From the NCBI GenBank assembly GCA_003344405.1, contig NOWV01000021.1, positions 682,001 to 746,000 on the forward strand: DNA of 64,000 bases, written 5' to 3'. The DNA is from Trichoplax sp. H2 (lineage: Eukaryota). A program made the translations under genes and the position numbers. The notes beneath the pieces were generated by a model that was given only the letters and a program-made list of their open reading frames with translations, ran no database searches and was not told the DNA's origin. This document shows positions 1-12,870 of this stretch, one piece after another; the stretch's first letter is position 1; each line of letters begins with the position of its first letter.

Positions 1-209
1 CGGAACGTCGTGTAAAGTTTGCGTTATAGTACTTATACTTTATAATAATGTTCGTTTAATAGTTGCGATAGATGGTTAACAACACATTATTTGTATTTCG
101 CTGCAAACTCACCGAGTAGTGATTAAATTTCTACATTCTTTGTAAGATCACAGTTTATATCAAGTTTAATTTTTTAAATTATCGATGTAACTCTTTTTAT
201 GTGAATTAG

Positions 210-2031
210 ATTCCTGTCTACATATCCCTAACTTCGTCACTATACCGGAAAATACGGACAAATATCCAATTCTGACATTGCTAAAGAATGCTAAAATTCG
301 ATTTCCTATTGGTAAGATGTCATAACATTACCTAACTTCTACCATTGCTACACTCAGATCAATACTGTGATAATCTCCTATAAGGCTTGTAAATTTTTAA
401 TCTAGCTTCGCACGACTGCAAATTTTAGTTTACCTAATTGATTGCGAATTATAGAGAACTGATAAATGGATAGAATTGTATATAGTTTATTACGTTACAG
501 AAGGGCATAACTGACTTTTCTTATTTGTGCAGTACTAATTAATCTGCTTTATTTGTAATTCTAGTTTGTAAGCCTATTGTTGCTCATGGATCATCTCTTT
601 CTCATACGGTATTTATATCATTTTACAAATCGCCTAAAAACAATACGCTATGCATTGACGTATTATATGTAAATGCAACATGATACCAGTTTTCACATTC
701 ACAAGCATTATTAGCAATAAGTATGATAGTAATCTATCCATGCATATTTTAATCATTATGATAGATGTGCATAATATTTAATGAAGCTGGTCTGAAAGAT
801 TTAAAATCTCCATGTGTTGCACAGCAGTTCATAAATCATAACGCAGAATTGTTTAAGGTAAATAGTTTCCTATTTTACTTTACTGAAATTATTTTGACAT
901 GTGATAGTGAATTTTGTGTGATTATGTACCTTTCGTATTAAACAAATATTCTCGAACTAAATTTCTTTCACGGTGATAGATTTTTGTGATTGGAAATGAA
1001 TACCATTGTGTAAGAAGGCCATCCATTAAAAATTTTCAAGCATCTGGCAAGTAGCTGTAGTAGGCTACAATATTTAATTATTATTATTGCCTATTAAAAT
1101 TTTAACTGTCCTATTTATTTTATTAATTGAAAGTAATTCGTAGAATCATTATCACTAAGTTTATAATTAATTGATAGCATTTACTTTATATTAACGGACT
1201 ACTTATTTTTGTCTTTGAAAATTTTTTCTAATGTACGCTCCTTTATTCCGATACTAATCAACCGTTATTGTTCATTGGTACATATATAGATAGAGATACT
1301 ATCACATTCAACAGTCATGAAGTATCTAAAGCCAGATCCTCGTCATTTTTAAATGAAGTAAATGCGAACTCGAGTAGTTGTATTTGATCAATATGAATAA
1401 CGACCAAATTTCTAACGCTCTTTTTATTGATAGTGTGATGAAAAGAGACCCGTTAATGCCATGCCTGACGACGCGATTATTTCAAGCATTGTTAGAAAAC
1501 TTAGAACATCTTTAGTACGTTATAATCGTAGATTATTTTTGCGCTATATGAATAAAATAAATGAAGATAAATTAATTTACTAAATCAACATAGTAATTAC
1601 TATTCTAATGTCTATAATTACAATAGGACTTGAAATTGTTTGGTGTGGATGTCATTATTGATAATATAACCGGGCTTCACTACGTAATAGATGTTAACTT
1701 CTTTCCGGGTGAGTGAGATCTTGAAAGCGTATTTGTTTCTATAGTTGTATGCTTACGCGCATACACTGAAAATAGTAATGCTTTGCTTATATCAATTAAT
1801 ATCATCATCTATTAGAAATGTAGCGATAACAATCTACTTTCTTGGCTCTTGATTCTAGGATACGATGGATTTCCGAATTTTTTTGCATCGTTGTTTAAGC
1901 TTTTTTATCAAGTTATAGAGGGAAAAAGGGGCGATTGCTTCGAAGAGATCAACGGTAACCATCAAAATGGTATCACTAGAAATGGCATTAGCCATAATGG
2001 AGTGGCTAGTCAATCTTCTGGACAAAAATAA
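210..2031 (+). CDS. ITPK1: Inositol-tetrakisphosphate 1-kinase (ATP-grasp), 3' exons; the 5' end lies outside the window
   Basis: Spliced exons (~210-311, 565-608, 765-857, 980-1046, 1290-1357, 1434-1515, 1628-1708, 1859-2031) translate to ...IRFPIVCKPIVAHGSSLSHTMCIIFNEAGLKDLKSPCVAQQFINHNAELFKIFVIG...RRPSIKNF...FNSHEVSK...GLKLFGVDVIIDNITGLHYVIDVNFFPGYDGF, the hallmark ITPK1 motifs. Confidence 0.93.
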
Positions 2032-3392
2032 TAGCTCAATTACATTAGGCTTCGATCGTTACTGAAGTTCAAACTATATTTTAGTTGCAAGCAACCTAAA
2101 GATTTTATCGAGACATGGTAGTGATCATAAAATGTGCATACTTTCGCTTACTTCAGTTGAAGCCCGACAAGAAAATTTATATAGTTATTTAATTATTTTG
2201 AAGAAAAAGCTGCAATAGTTATTTAATTCCGCATTGACGATCGATTATAACCCATTCATAAAGAAATTATATACGACGCCTTTTCCGGATCATGCCGCAA
2301 TGTATACATAGGGTTATATAGTTAAATTTGCAATCGTAGATGTAGTCAGTATTTATCACCTATATTATAATTTTAAACTACAGAACTTAATGCAGATATA
2401 TGGTTAGGTAGTTTTATTTTATTGTGTGTACATAGACTAGATCAAACATGATAATCTTCGATAATTTAAGGGAATTTTGTATTATAAGACTTCAGTTAAA
2501 AGATTGCGGTATTTAATTTTATATGATTTTGATTGCAATATTAAGAAATTTGAACAGGCTTAATGTACCAAACCTTCATATTCATGATAGCTGTTGTGAT
2601 TAGTTTTTTAAGAAAAACGCTTATAATCACCGAGACTAGTACAACCTTTTGCTAGAATTTTTTACGTATTGATTTTGTACGTGTTAAAACTTACATTTAT
2701 ATGATAAAGTCTGCTTATGCGTACGAGAGTACTTTTTGAAGTCGACTCAACGACTACATCTGAAGAATTATTGCTGCAATGTGACATAGTTTACCATTAC
2801 AGCATTTCTACAATACTGCCCAAGTTTTATTTGTCTGGCTGGTGCTACACATAAGAAACAGTTGATCATACATAGTTTAACAGCACTCTGTTGACATCAC
2901 TTAAACAATAACAGCTTTTTTGCAGTGTTAACCTTGGCACAAAATCCTAACGGAGCCGTTCTTTTAAAGCATATTTTATGTTCTATGATATGACATAATA
3001 AATAAGACAATATTCTGTCCCTTTTATACAATATCTTATTTTTTTCACGTATTGGTTTGATATCATTTAAAGAAAAGTTTTTCTTTACCATACAGCAAAA
3101 TAAATAATAATAATGAGCATATATCCTAGCTAGATACTTGTGCTATTATTGTCATCACAAGTTATTAAGAAATAATATTAATAGTTTAAATTAATTACGA
3201 GTTTGTCTATAGTTAAGGTGATATTTCGAAACAAAGAATCTTGTCGATTTTAAAGTACTATTTGCATGCTAGTTGATTACTAATAGTTGAGTAAAATCAT
3301 GATACACTCTTGTATCAGCTCATTACCTTTACAAGGTTAAGTATAGCTAGCCAAAATAAGTATTTAATTCAAGAATATCAAAGTTCAAATAA

Positions 3393-4799
3393 CTATGATC
3401 GCAATATTTTACAAAATTGTTCTATCATTGGAACGACTTGAGAAGTTTTGATTTTATCGGAATAATTACATATAAGTACCCCATACGGTAAATTACATGC
3501 TATAAGATATGATGGACGATGCTTTGTCGATGAAGTCAGGTAGACGCTACAGTAACATTAATCAAACATGAAATTAGCAATATTTAATCGTGGAGAAGCA
3601 ATAACAGATTACAACGGTATAACTGCTGAGCGTTGGTAAGTATTGATAGAAAATTAATTTACCCTCAATGAGAGCGAATATCACTATTTAATGTTATAAT
3701 TCCAGACAATTTAGTAAATACTACGGCAACGAATACATTATTTGTCATGAAATGTAGTTCACAATTGAGGATATTACACTAGGCAGAAGATAACGGTATA
3801 CAGATATATCAAAAATCCAAACGAAGGCTACCTCCAATATGTCCTCTTGAAAGTAATAAATCTAATACATTGTCCATTCGTGAATATCAGTTCGAAAGTA
3901 TTCTGAGGTTGTTCTTCGTCCACTAAAATCAAGCAAATTTTTATAAATTGAATATAATACTCTATAACCAAGGCAAAGTTATTAGCTTGTTTGTAGTAGT
4001 AAAGAATATAAGTATCGTAGGATTTCTTTTATAAAAATTAATGATTCGTACATTCTATGAATCTATTTCGTATGATCCAAATATTTGAAGCGATCCATCA
4101 ACCTAGCTTATTACTTTGTATAGTTATAACCTAATCCTAAGCTTAATGCCAGCTAATAAGACACACGATATATCTGGTAGTGCATTTTAAAGTATTTTAC
4201 TACTATGCAAAACTACTGCTTGCATAAAACTGTACAGCTATGACACAGCATAAACAGTATGACGTTAGCCTTCAAGATTAGAATAGCAATACTGAAGTGC
4301 AACGGAAAATAACTTGCACCAAATCGAAACTATCTCTTTATGAAATTTTAAGGTATTAAAAATGATATTACCGTCAACGGAACAAACTCGCTGGAAGGCA
4401 GCAATAAATTTAGCTAGTGAATCCTAATAAATTAAGAACAAATTAAGAATATTTGTATTTATTATCCATCTCTCTAAAGAATTTCACATCTTTCGCTGTA
4501 TGAAAAGCACTAATACCCTATGTAATATTTTGTTTATGTCATAGTTCTATCTACTAGAGGTCGCTACAGATACGCATATTGGTAAAATTAAGAAATTCTA
4601 TTTCTATAAATGCTACATTAGTAATATACGAGTACGTATTTATTTAAAAATATACAATATTAATACTGTACAATCTACGTTTACGTCGTTTTCAGTTATA
4701 CTTGTGTGACTGCCTCCAAGGTACCGGCTGCTGTAATAGTATTACCAGATTTACTTAATAATACACATCCGTCAATCAATCCTCTTGATAGCAAGTTAT
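3393..4799 (-). CDS. Divergent profilin-like protein (4 identified exons; candidate first micro-exon ATGGCAATGT at 6522-6513)
   Basis: GT-AG exons ~4799-4702, 4423-4372, 3922-3832, 3546-3393 join in frame: NLLSRGLIDGCVLLSKSGNTITAAGTLEAVTQDSLAKFIAAFQ...SVYLTSSTKHRPSYLIACNLPYGVLICNYSDKIKTSQVVPMIEQFCKILRS*. Length and the N- and C-terminal helices resemble the profilin fold. Confidence 0.65.
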
Positions 4800-5049
4800 C
4801 TAAAAATGAATTTAATTTTAGCCTTGCATTTTTATGGCATTAACTATCGCACCAATGTACTATTTTGTATATGATATTAATACTATATGGAAAATAACAT
4901 GCCATTGCAAAAATATATTGACAGCTAGGATCAACTGTAGTGTAAAACCAAGATAAGTAAATTCCACAAAAATCGATGCTATAGACGAGAAAGCGATAAG
5001 TTCTTTCTATATGTCATATTCACATGATTGGAAGTATTGAGAATTCTCA

Positions 5050-6300
5050 TGGCAAAGTACAGCCAAAAATCGACAATTGATCATTCATAATAACAGTAGA
5101 ATGTACTATGGATTTTTAGTCATGTAGATTAGCAGTTATTTTTCAGCTATTCTGTCGTAAAATTATACTATTATTCAGTTTGGGTAAGAAGCAAATACTG
5201 AAAAGTTGTTAGCGTACAGTACATTACGTAAATCATTAGTTATTATCTAGTTTATATCTACAGTCAAAGATCGGATTACAAATTGATCATGTCAAATCTT
5301 AGAAGTTTGATGATCATCATGAAATATTAGATAGAAAAGCTTACTGCAGAACAGTAAAACGATATCATTCACATTGCCTTAATTAACGCGTACAGTATAC
5401 ATCAAGCAGTATATTGCGATGAACACCATTGCTTCTGAGCTAATTGCATAAAGTACTGTATACGTACAGTCTCGTAGTCAATTAAAGGAAAATTGGATGG
5501 CTGTCATGAAATAATTAGACAGAAAACTTACTGCAGAATAACAGAATCATGTCAATAATATTGCATAGTATTATACCATGGTACTGTGTGCAGCAATTGC
5601 AGCTATATCTCTCTTGTGGCAGTCGTTGCTTCTGAATCAATTTACAGCATTCTTTGCAGAAAAGTAAATATTATATGCGTCTACGCGTATAATTATTAAA
5701 CGTTATCTAGCTCGAATCTCAAGATTAGATTATAAATTGATCTTATCGAATTCTTAAAATGTAAGGGAAAAATTCGATGATTGTCATGACATTCATCGAA
5801 TAGAAAAGCTTACTGTAGAACAGCAGAACGATGCCAATAATATTGCTAAGCGTTAACTTATAACGCAGTGTACAATAATTCCAACTTTCACTTGTCATAT
5901 AATAATTACTGTACGCGTATAATTGAGAATGGATGTGATGAGTATCATGATTTCTGAATGAGTCAATTGATAGCACATCTCGCATCAAAAGTACACATAA
6001 AACACTCATTATTATCTAGCTCTCATCTACAATCAGAGATTAGATTGCATATTACTGATATCAAATCTTTAGAACTGCAAGAAAGAAATTGCTAATTGTC
6101 ATTGAGGATAGAAACAGTCGATAGAAAAACCGACTACAAAACAACCGAGCGATGTCCTTCACAATATCTAGCTTACTACTATAATATACCATCATGACAA
6201 TTATCTCTTATTACTTCCTAATCCGTATAGATAGACAGTAAGTAATATGTTGCGATGATTATCACTGTTTCCGAGTCAATTTATAGCATACCTTGTATAA
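5050..6300. repeat. Degenerate tandem repeat (about 4-5 units of ~190-320 nt)
   Basis: Recurring block (g)atagaaaagcttactgcagaacag...gat..caataatattgc near 5333, 5520, 5801 and 6122, and gattagatt..aattgatc near 5275, 5723 and 6038. Confidence 0.7.
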
Positions 6301-7029
6301 AAGTATCCCAAACCGCCATTGAAATGCGCTCGTCGCATGTCTTTATTTCTTGCTAAACTGTGATCAGAAGCAGGCACACTACTGTACTATAGAAGGCACA
6401 ATGTGCAAAATTAGCTGTCATCTCATTATAGTCTCTTAGTGATAATAATACGTCTATCTGTCTAGCTAGTAGTGATGACAAAACACGGTCAAAAGGGTGA
6501 CGATTATTTTACACATTGCCATTGTATTCTAATTTCAAGCAGAGTAGAAAGCCTTTTCCTTAAAGGACTTTTAATAGTCCTTATTGTAGAGAAAAGTAGT
6601 ACAAATAACAACAAATGATGATAGCATTCCCCTTTCAAGTTGCTTGCAAATGAAAAATGGATAGTCATAGTCATTTTCAGTCTATTTCAGTGGCAGTATA
6701 ACGTACCATACCATATTATGTTATACTATTGGTGCACTACATGTTGGCCGTATGTTTGCTACTATATACTACGGTATAGTGTTGGTGTAGCCGCTACCTG
6801 CGATCATTGCACCACTACTCACATCCAATGGGAAGGTTAAAATTTGACCAAAAGCAATTATTTCCACCTCAAATGCAACTTATTTATTCCATACTATGAA
6901 TTGCTAGCAATGTTATAGTTGCAATTATGAGTGATACAAGAGCTTTTACGGTTTTGCTAGTCTTTAATCTGCTGTGTTGTCATGATTTGAAGATAGATGT
7001 GTATTGACTGTAATAAATGATTGCTAAAA

Positions 7030-7392
7030 ATGAATTTTCGTCAACGATTGGCTTGGATTTTAACCTTAATTTATTTAACATGCGGTTGCTATACAATTTA
7101 TTATACATTCGATAGGAAAAGTGGTTACGGAGAAGTTATTATGCAAAATGGCGATGCTGCACCCAATCGATATCCCTCAAGTGTTCAATGGATTGCTAGA
7201 GTTTATGATGTCATTCCTAGCCATGTCTGGTTTATCTCTGGAGTAATACTTTATCTAATTTTCTTTATCGTATTACTGACTCTCACTGCTGCCAATCCAG
7301 TCGAATTATTCAATCATTTTATTGGTACCATCAACATTTTTAAACAATCTAAGCCACATCTACAGCCAGTTAATGGTATTAGAATGACGTGA
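7030..7392 (+). CDS. LYSET: Lysosomal enzyme trafficking factor LYSET/TMEM251 orthologue (single coding exon, 120 aa, two TM segments)
   Basis: MNFRQRLAWILTLIYLTCGCYTIYYTFD matches the remembered human N-terminus MNFRQRMGWIGVGLYLLASAAAFYYVFE. A second hydrophobic segment ending LTAANP matches CTRADP. Confidence 0.85.
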   Translation: MNFRQRLAWILTLIYLTCGCYTIYYTFDRKSGYGEVIMQNGDAAPNRYPSSVQWIARVYDVIPSHVWFISGVILYLIFFIVLLTLTAANPVELFNHFIGTINIFKQSKPHLQPVNGIRMT

Positions 7393-9583
7393 ATATCATT
7401 TCCCATAGAGACTTTGATTGAAAGAGACATCATTGGAGTAGATGTAGATAGAAACACTCCACTGCTTTATCCTACTGTAAGCATGGACTAACCACTAAAC
7501 TTGCTAGGCTCGAGTATTGGACAAGTGGGATGCAGTAAACTAAAAAATCTCATTTTACAGACTGTGAATGATTGATTGATTTAATGACGAAAAGTTAAAA
7601 CGTAGAATGCAAATACAAGTATTAATGTCAATCATGATGAACATACTATTTTTTATAGATAACTGTTATTGTATCAAATCAAATTTATACCCATGCTTCA
7701 TCGAAATGAAAGTACTTTCGATACTATGATAATCAATTATTATGTTCCAGCGTTTACACAATAATTTTCATGTTTTTTTCTACATTTTAGTCTTAATATT
7801 GAATAACTTGATCCTCTACATTTAACAGTACACAAATGAAAGATTTCTGTTCGTATAATTCTTAACTAATCGTATACAAAATAGGAATTAATAACGCATC
7901 ATATACTAAACATATTTATTCTCTATAATATTAATATCGCTAGTCATTTGCAATGAACTTAAATTTGTTATCCATGTTATAAAGATTGATATACGAATCA
8001 AGCATCTAGTATGATAGCGAGACATTGTATTATTACTTCTACCCAATATGTACAGCTTAGTGTATCCTGTAATGCATTGGACTGCAGCACCATAAAATCG
8101 TAAAAATGAATTTTGTTAATTGCAGACTTTGTACTGTCTATTTCCAATGAATGACATGATTATTTATAGTATATCATTAATATGCCGTCATGAATTGATA
8201 TTCTACGTCATCGCTGCTTGCTTAATCGTATGTTATCATGAATGGCTCTTCGATTAACGTCGGAAAAATTTATTGGATGGACCATCATAAAAATATAATT
8301 TATAGCGTAAAATCCGCTAGCAATTGTATTTCTTAATGTTTAACCTTGCAAGCATTGGCATTTCCTAAATTGATTAGGAAACGAAATATTACACTATTAT
8401 TGTACTTAGTTATACTGCATTTTGATATTAGATTTAGTTTCTTGCTGAATTACTATATATTTTTACGTGATTGAGATTTACTGCGCTGTACATGATATAG
8501 GATTATCATCATTAAAATTCAACACTAGTATTTTACAAAACAGGTATATTTCGATTTGTCTGTCCTCCATTTTCTGACATTTCATTATAAATTCCAATAT
8601 AGATAGAGGAAATAAATTCAACTATGGATATCCGGTCATATTTGGAATACTTGATATTTGTAATGTATCTAGTTAGATGGTGCAATAGCAAAGAATAATT
8701 AATTACTCTATTCTATAACTTCGCTTGTATGACTCTAAAACGTACAATTTGCCTAAATTGGGCACTATAGAACAACTCTACTCCATCATCCATAGTGATG
8801 GCGGAGTATATCATGACTCGTAATTGCGATCAAAAGTTACATATTTATTATTGACCAAGTCAGACCAACCAACCTTAGTAATGAGCAATCAAATGTGTTA
8901 ATATTATTTTTGGGTAAAAATTAATATATAAAATGCAAATTAATACTTGAATCAGATATCTTTGTGACGATAGTCCAATAATAATATGTCATTTAGAATA
9001 TCTTTAAAGAAATAGAAGCTGTCATAGACAGTGTCAATTACTAAAGTCTTAAGCCTTGTCAAATATATACAGTACATTACTATAATAAAAATTTCAGCAA
9101 ATAGTAAATGTATACATAGCTGTTAGAAATTTGACTTGCGAAGACAACACTGTACTGTACATGCTGGTTGCTACCAATTTTTTTTAAACTATAGTAATAA
9201 GACAACAATAGCGGAAAATACAGGTACAAAAAGAAAAGCAACGATACTATCATCTACTACGTTATAACGCTATGCATTATCTGTAGTAGCAGCTTAACTT
9301 AATCATTAATAAGGAACACATAAGCGGTTATTTGTGTACTAATTTAATAGTCGTTTAAGTATATGAGCATAGTTGTATAATAATAATAATTAATTAATTA
9401 TATATTATTACTATGTAATATATCGTGTGGGTATTGAGGTAGGGTCTTTTAACTTTTAAGAAATATCACATTATTATCATGTGCATCGATTGATACACAG
9501 ATTTTAAATATAGAACATAGTAACATACAGTATTAATGCAATACGTCTGATAATCATTAATGTATAATAATATATTAGACAGA

Positions 9584-12070
9584 CTATGAACTGCTTTGCT
9601 TCATTTTATACAAGTTATTAGCAACAGCTTCTCGTAATAATTCAGCTTCATAAGCATCTGCAGAGATCTCCATATCAGTGTTATTGATACCAATACAATT
9701 GCTGTTTCCATTATAAAGTACTATCTCATCGTCTGATGACATAAATTCCATGGGTAATCCATTCTCCATTGAACGGCTGATATTGTGCAAGACGCAACAG
9801 GCATGGACAATGGTGCGAACACTTCGAATATCTTTCCGACGAATTAACTTTAATCGTTGGAAACGCCCAATCAACAATCGAAAAGCAGACTTGATGTAAC
9901 TTGTAGCGCAATTATGAACTTCGTTGTAAGATACTTTCCAATGGTAATCATCTCCAGTGATTTGTTTATAAGGTGTAAGTAGCCAAGGTCTTAGAGGATA
10001 ACTTTCATCTCCGAGTACGGATACACCTAAGAAGTAGAGGTAATAGTTGATTTTTTTGCTTAGCACTTGCAAACGTTGAAAGAAAGTAGTAGAATATCCT
10101 ACTATCCAGTCTATATCTATCTATCTATCTAGAGATATAACATGTATATATATATATATACACGTAAATAAAAGGACTATTAATTAACAAATTAATTATC
10201 GTTACCATTGCACCATTCCCTGGCGTATTTTCGGAGTGGATCAGTCAAGTTAACTGGATTATTAGCTTCATTATTGGACTCAACAGGACAACCGCCAAGA
10301 ATATAAAAAAAGATTAAATCGGTATCGCATATTGCCTGCAGTAAGGATGCATAACAGCTCTTCTTAGCGTCTCTGTACTGGCCTATTTCGTCCGTAATTT
10401 TCGATGGCGTAAAACGAATATAACAAGTACTCATACAGCCAATTACATTCGGTATATTATGACGCTTTCTAAATTTGCGGATATTACTTTGACGTTTTGA
10501 GCCGGTAGGCCATTTAATAAATTGATAGAACAATTCGCCTAAAAATCCGGTAAAATCGTCAACAATTTGGCTAGCGGTTGTCGGGGAGACGTTAAATCGT
10601 TTGGCTAATCCACTATAAGTGGTTGTTTGATGACCGAGATAGTTTAAGCCTAGTAAAACACATTTAGCAGATTCTCGATATTTGAAATGCATGGATCTTT
10701 CGAATCTTCCTACGATGTACGAGTAGACTTTTTTGGTTACTCGAAATGTTTGAAAAAATTCCCTATCAAACCTGTCCATAAGAAATATTTTGCGATTACT
10801 TACAATTTTGAGATTAACATTAAAGGTAAAAGGGGAAGCGATATTACGTTGTATCAATCAGTCTCAATCTCATCGTCATTGATACTAGTACAGTAACACT
10901 ATTGCTGTACTTGAACAATATTGTTATTAGTGAATATACAGTAGTATATGTAAGTTATAAAGATTGTTCATTAATAGGATAGATTCCTTGGCACAACAGA
11001 AAATGAGTGCATTGACAAACTCTGCACTCTTTTTATGATATGATGTATACGCGCGTATAATATGACTAACGCTACCTTACAATATTGACCATGATTAACT
11101 TTATGGCTACTTGAAAAAAGTCCAACCGAATGAGTAGTAGAACTAATCACCACAGAAAAATGGTGTACTTCAAAATTCGACACTATTTCTAGTGCTATCT
11201 TACAGTATTGATAGTATGATGAATTGAAGGATGGCCAATCCCCAAAAAAGTCAAACATAGTCGCGGGGTGATACGATTAACGTGATCAAGCCTTGTAAAG
11301 ATATTGAATACGTTGTTCACTAACCATCAATAAAAACAAACAAACACCGTCATGACCAATTCTAGATTACTGTACAGTATGTTTACCACTAGTATTGATG
11401 AATGACATTGTGGAAGGGAGAAAATGGAAGCAATTTATGGCTTTAGTGGTAGATAACGATATTTTCAATGTAAAGGACGATACTTTAATCATCAGTGGTA
11501 GTTGAGAGGAAAACGAGCAAGAATGAGAAGGAGATATTTGCAATCCAAGTAGGATCAGAAAGGTGTCATGCAATATTGTTTCAATTGATTGGCTCCTTTT
11601 ATGAATCAATTGTATTATAGAAGTTGTTGAAATTGGATTGAGGTAGGAGTAGTTATGAAAAATACGTCTAGATGGAAACTTTTGGAGGCTATTGTTGAAA
11701 GTAATATAATGATAAACAGCCTAAAATCTGCATGACTTTGCTACCCATGAAAATGATAGTAACGCTTTGTGTAGCAATTATGATCTCTAGTAGTACTGTA
11801 TTGGTTGATTTAATAGAGTGATACAAATAGTCAAGGTGATTTCCGAGTATGCATTTTAATGATGGAGTGTACCCCATGAAGAGTGGATGGTTGTAGGGCT
11901 ATTTTTCAATCGATTGTAGAATGCAATGATATTGAATTATGTTGAAAGCATGCTACTGCAGCTTACCCGACAATCTCTAACGGTAAATATTGCGGTGGAT
12001 AGACTTCGCTGACATCACTTGTACTAGGATCCGTATCCAGCTCGCTTTCTTGTGTATCCAGTAACGACAT
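9584..12070 (-). CDS. Harbinger/PIF transposase-derived protein (HARBI1/ALP1-like, DDE_Tnp_4 family), 370 aa, predicted catalytically inactive
   Basis: Exons 12070-11967, 10771-10206 and 10026-9584 total 1113 nt, in frame with GT-AG sites. Motifs: FFQTFRV, HTH (LAKRFNVSPTTASQIV), IKWP, LQAICD, LGDESYPLRPWLLTPY, YN..H, RFQRL, ACCVLHN. Exon 1 is the least certain. Confidence 0.85.
10109..10160. repeat. (TCTA)n/(TA)n microsatellite inside the Harbinger-like gene intron
   Basis: ctatatctatctatctatct and tatatatatatatata are seen directly. Confidence 0.8.
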
Positions 12071-12870
12071 GTTGATTGATTAATTGAAGATTATCTGACT
12101 ATTGGCATGGTCATGGATAGATGAGAAGTAAAAAAAAAAAAAATGGAAAAAAAACCTTTGAAAATAGATTCAAGATAGCACAATCCATTTGTAAAGTAGA
12201 GTATAATTATATCAACACATTTGCAAAGTCAAGCCAAAGGCTGGAAAGTGAATGGAATCCACTTTCTTGCTTGACTGGTTATCATTCTTAGTATCATCTA
12301 ATGCTAAAATCGACCTAGATCACTGTCTATTCATGATGCACGATTGCATTCAAAAGACTAAAAAAGAAATGAAACATGACTATGATTGTTTCCTATCGTC
12401 GACAGTACTACTGTCTGCATGGAGAAGAAGTTTTACGTATGGATACATTGCATAGCCATGATGGCCATTGACTTTCTTGTCTTGCTATTTGACTCTATTC
12501 AAAACCTACTTGAAAGGTCCAATGACGACGCGTTTATACAGCAAAAAGGAAACTTTCCATTGCATCTTTTTCTTCTAGTGACAACGATTAAAGGCAAGAT
12601 AGGACGCTAAGATATCCACTGCAATAAGATAATGATTAGCAATAGGATTAGAAGAAGGTTCCCCTAAGAAAAAAAAGGGAAAAAAAAAAGTTTTTGCAAT
12701 GGATGCTCTTGAGATTGGATCGCCAACTGCTGCAAAACAACTCTCTCGCCGATTCTCCTGTGTCACGATCACTTGGCCAATGGGTCTACCCTAGGCGCTA
12801 GAAACACCACCGAGATTGTAGAGAAGAGACTGGATCGAGTGGCGTGCCTGGTACGGCTAACCTGGATGCA

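Noticed and set aside
2897..3091. 64-aa minus-strand ORF
   Set aside because: It lies downstream of the profilin-like stop codon in AT-rich UTR or intergenic DNA and has no recognisable motif.
10854..10884. Alternative acceptor giving a 44-aa uORF (…EIVGINDDEIETD*) upstream of the Harbinger-like frame
   Set aside because: The acceptor at 10771 gives a continuous in-frame protein that fits the family; the uORF cannot be supported without transcripts.
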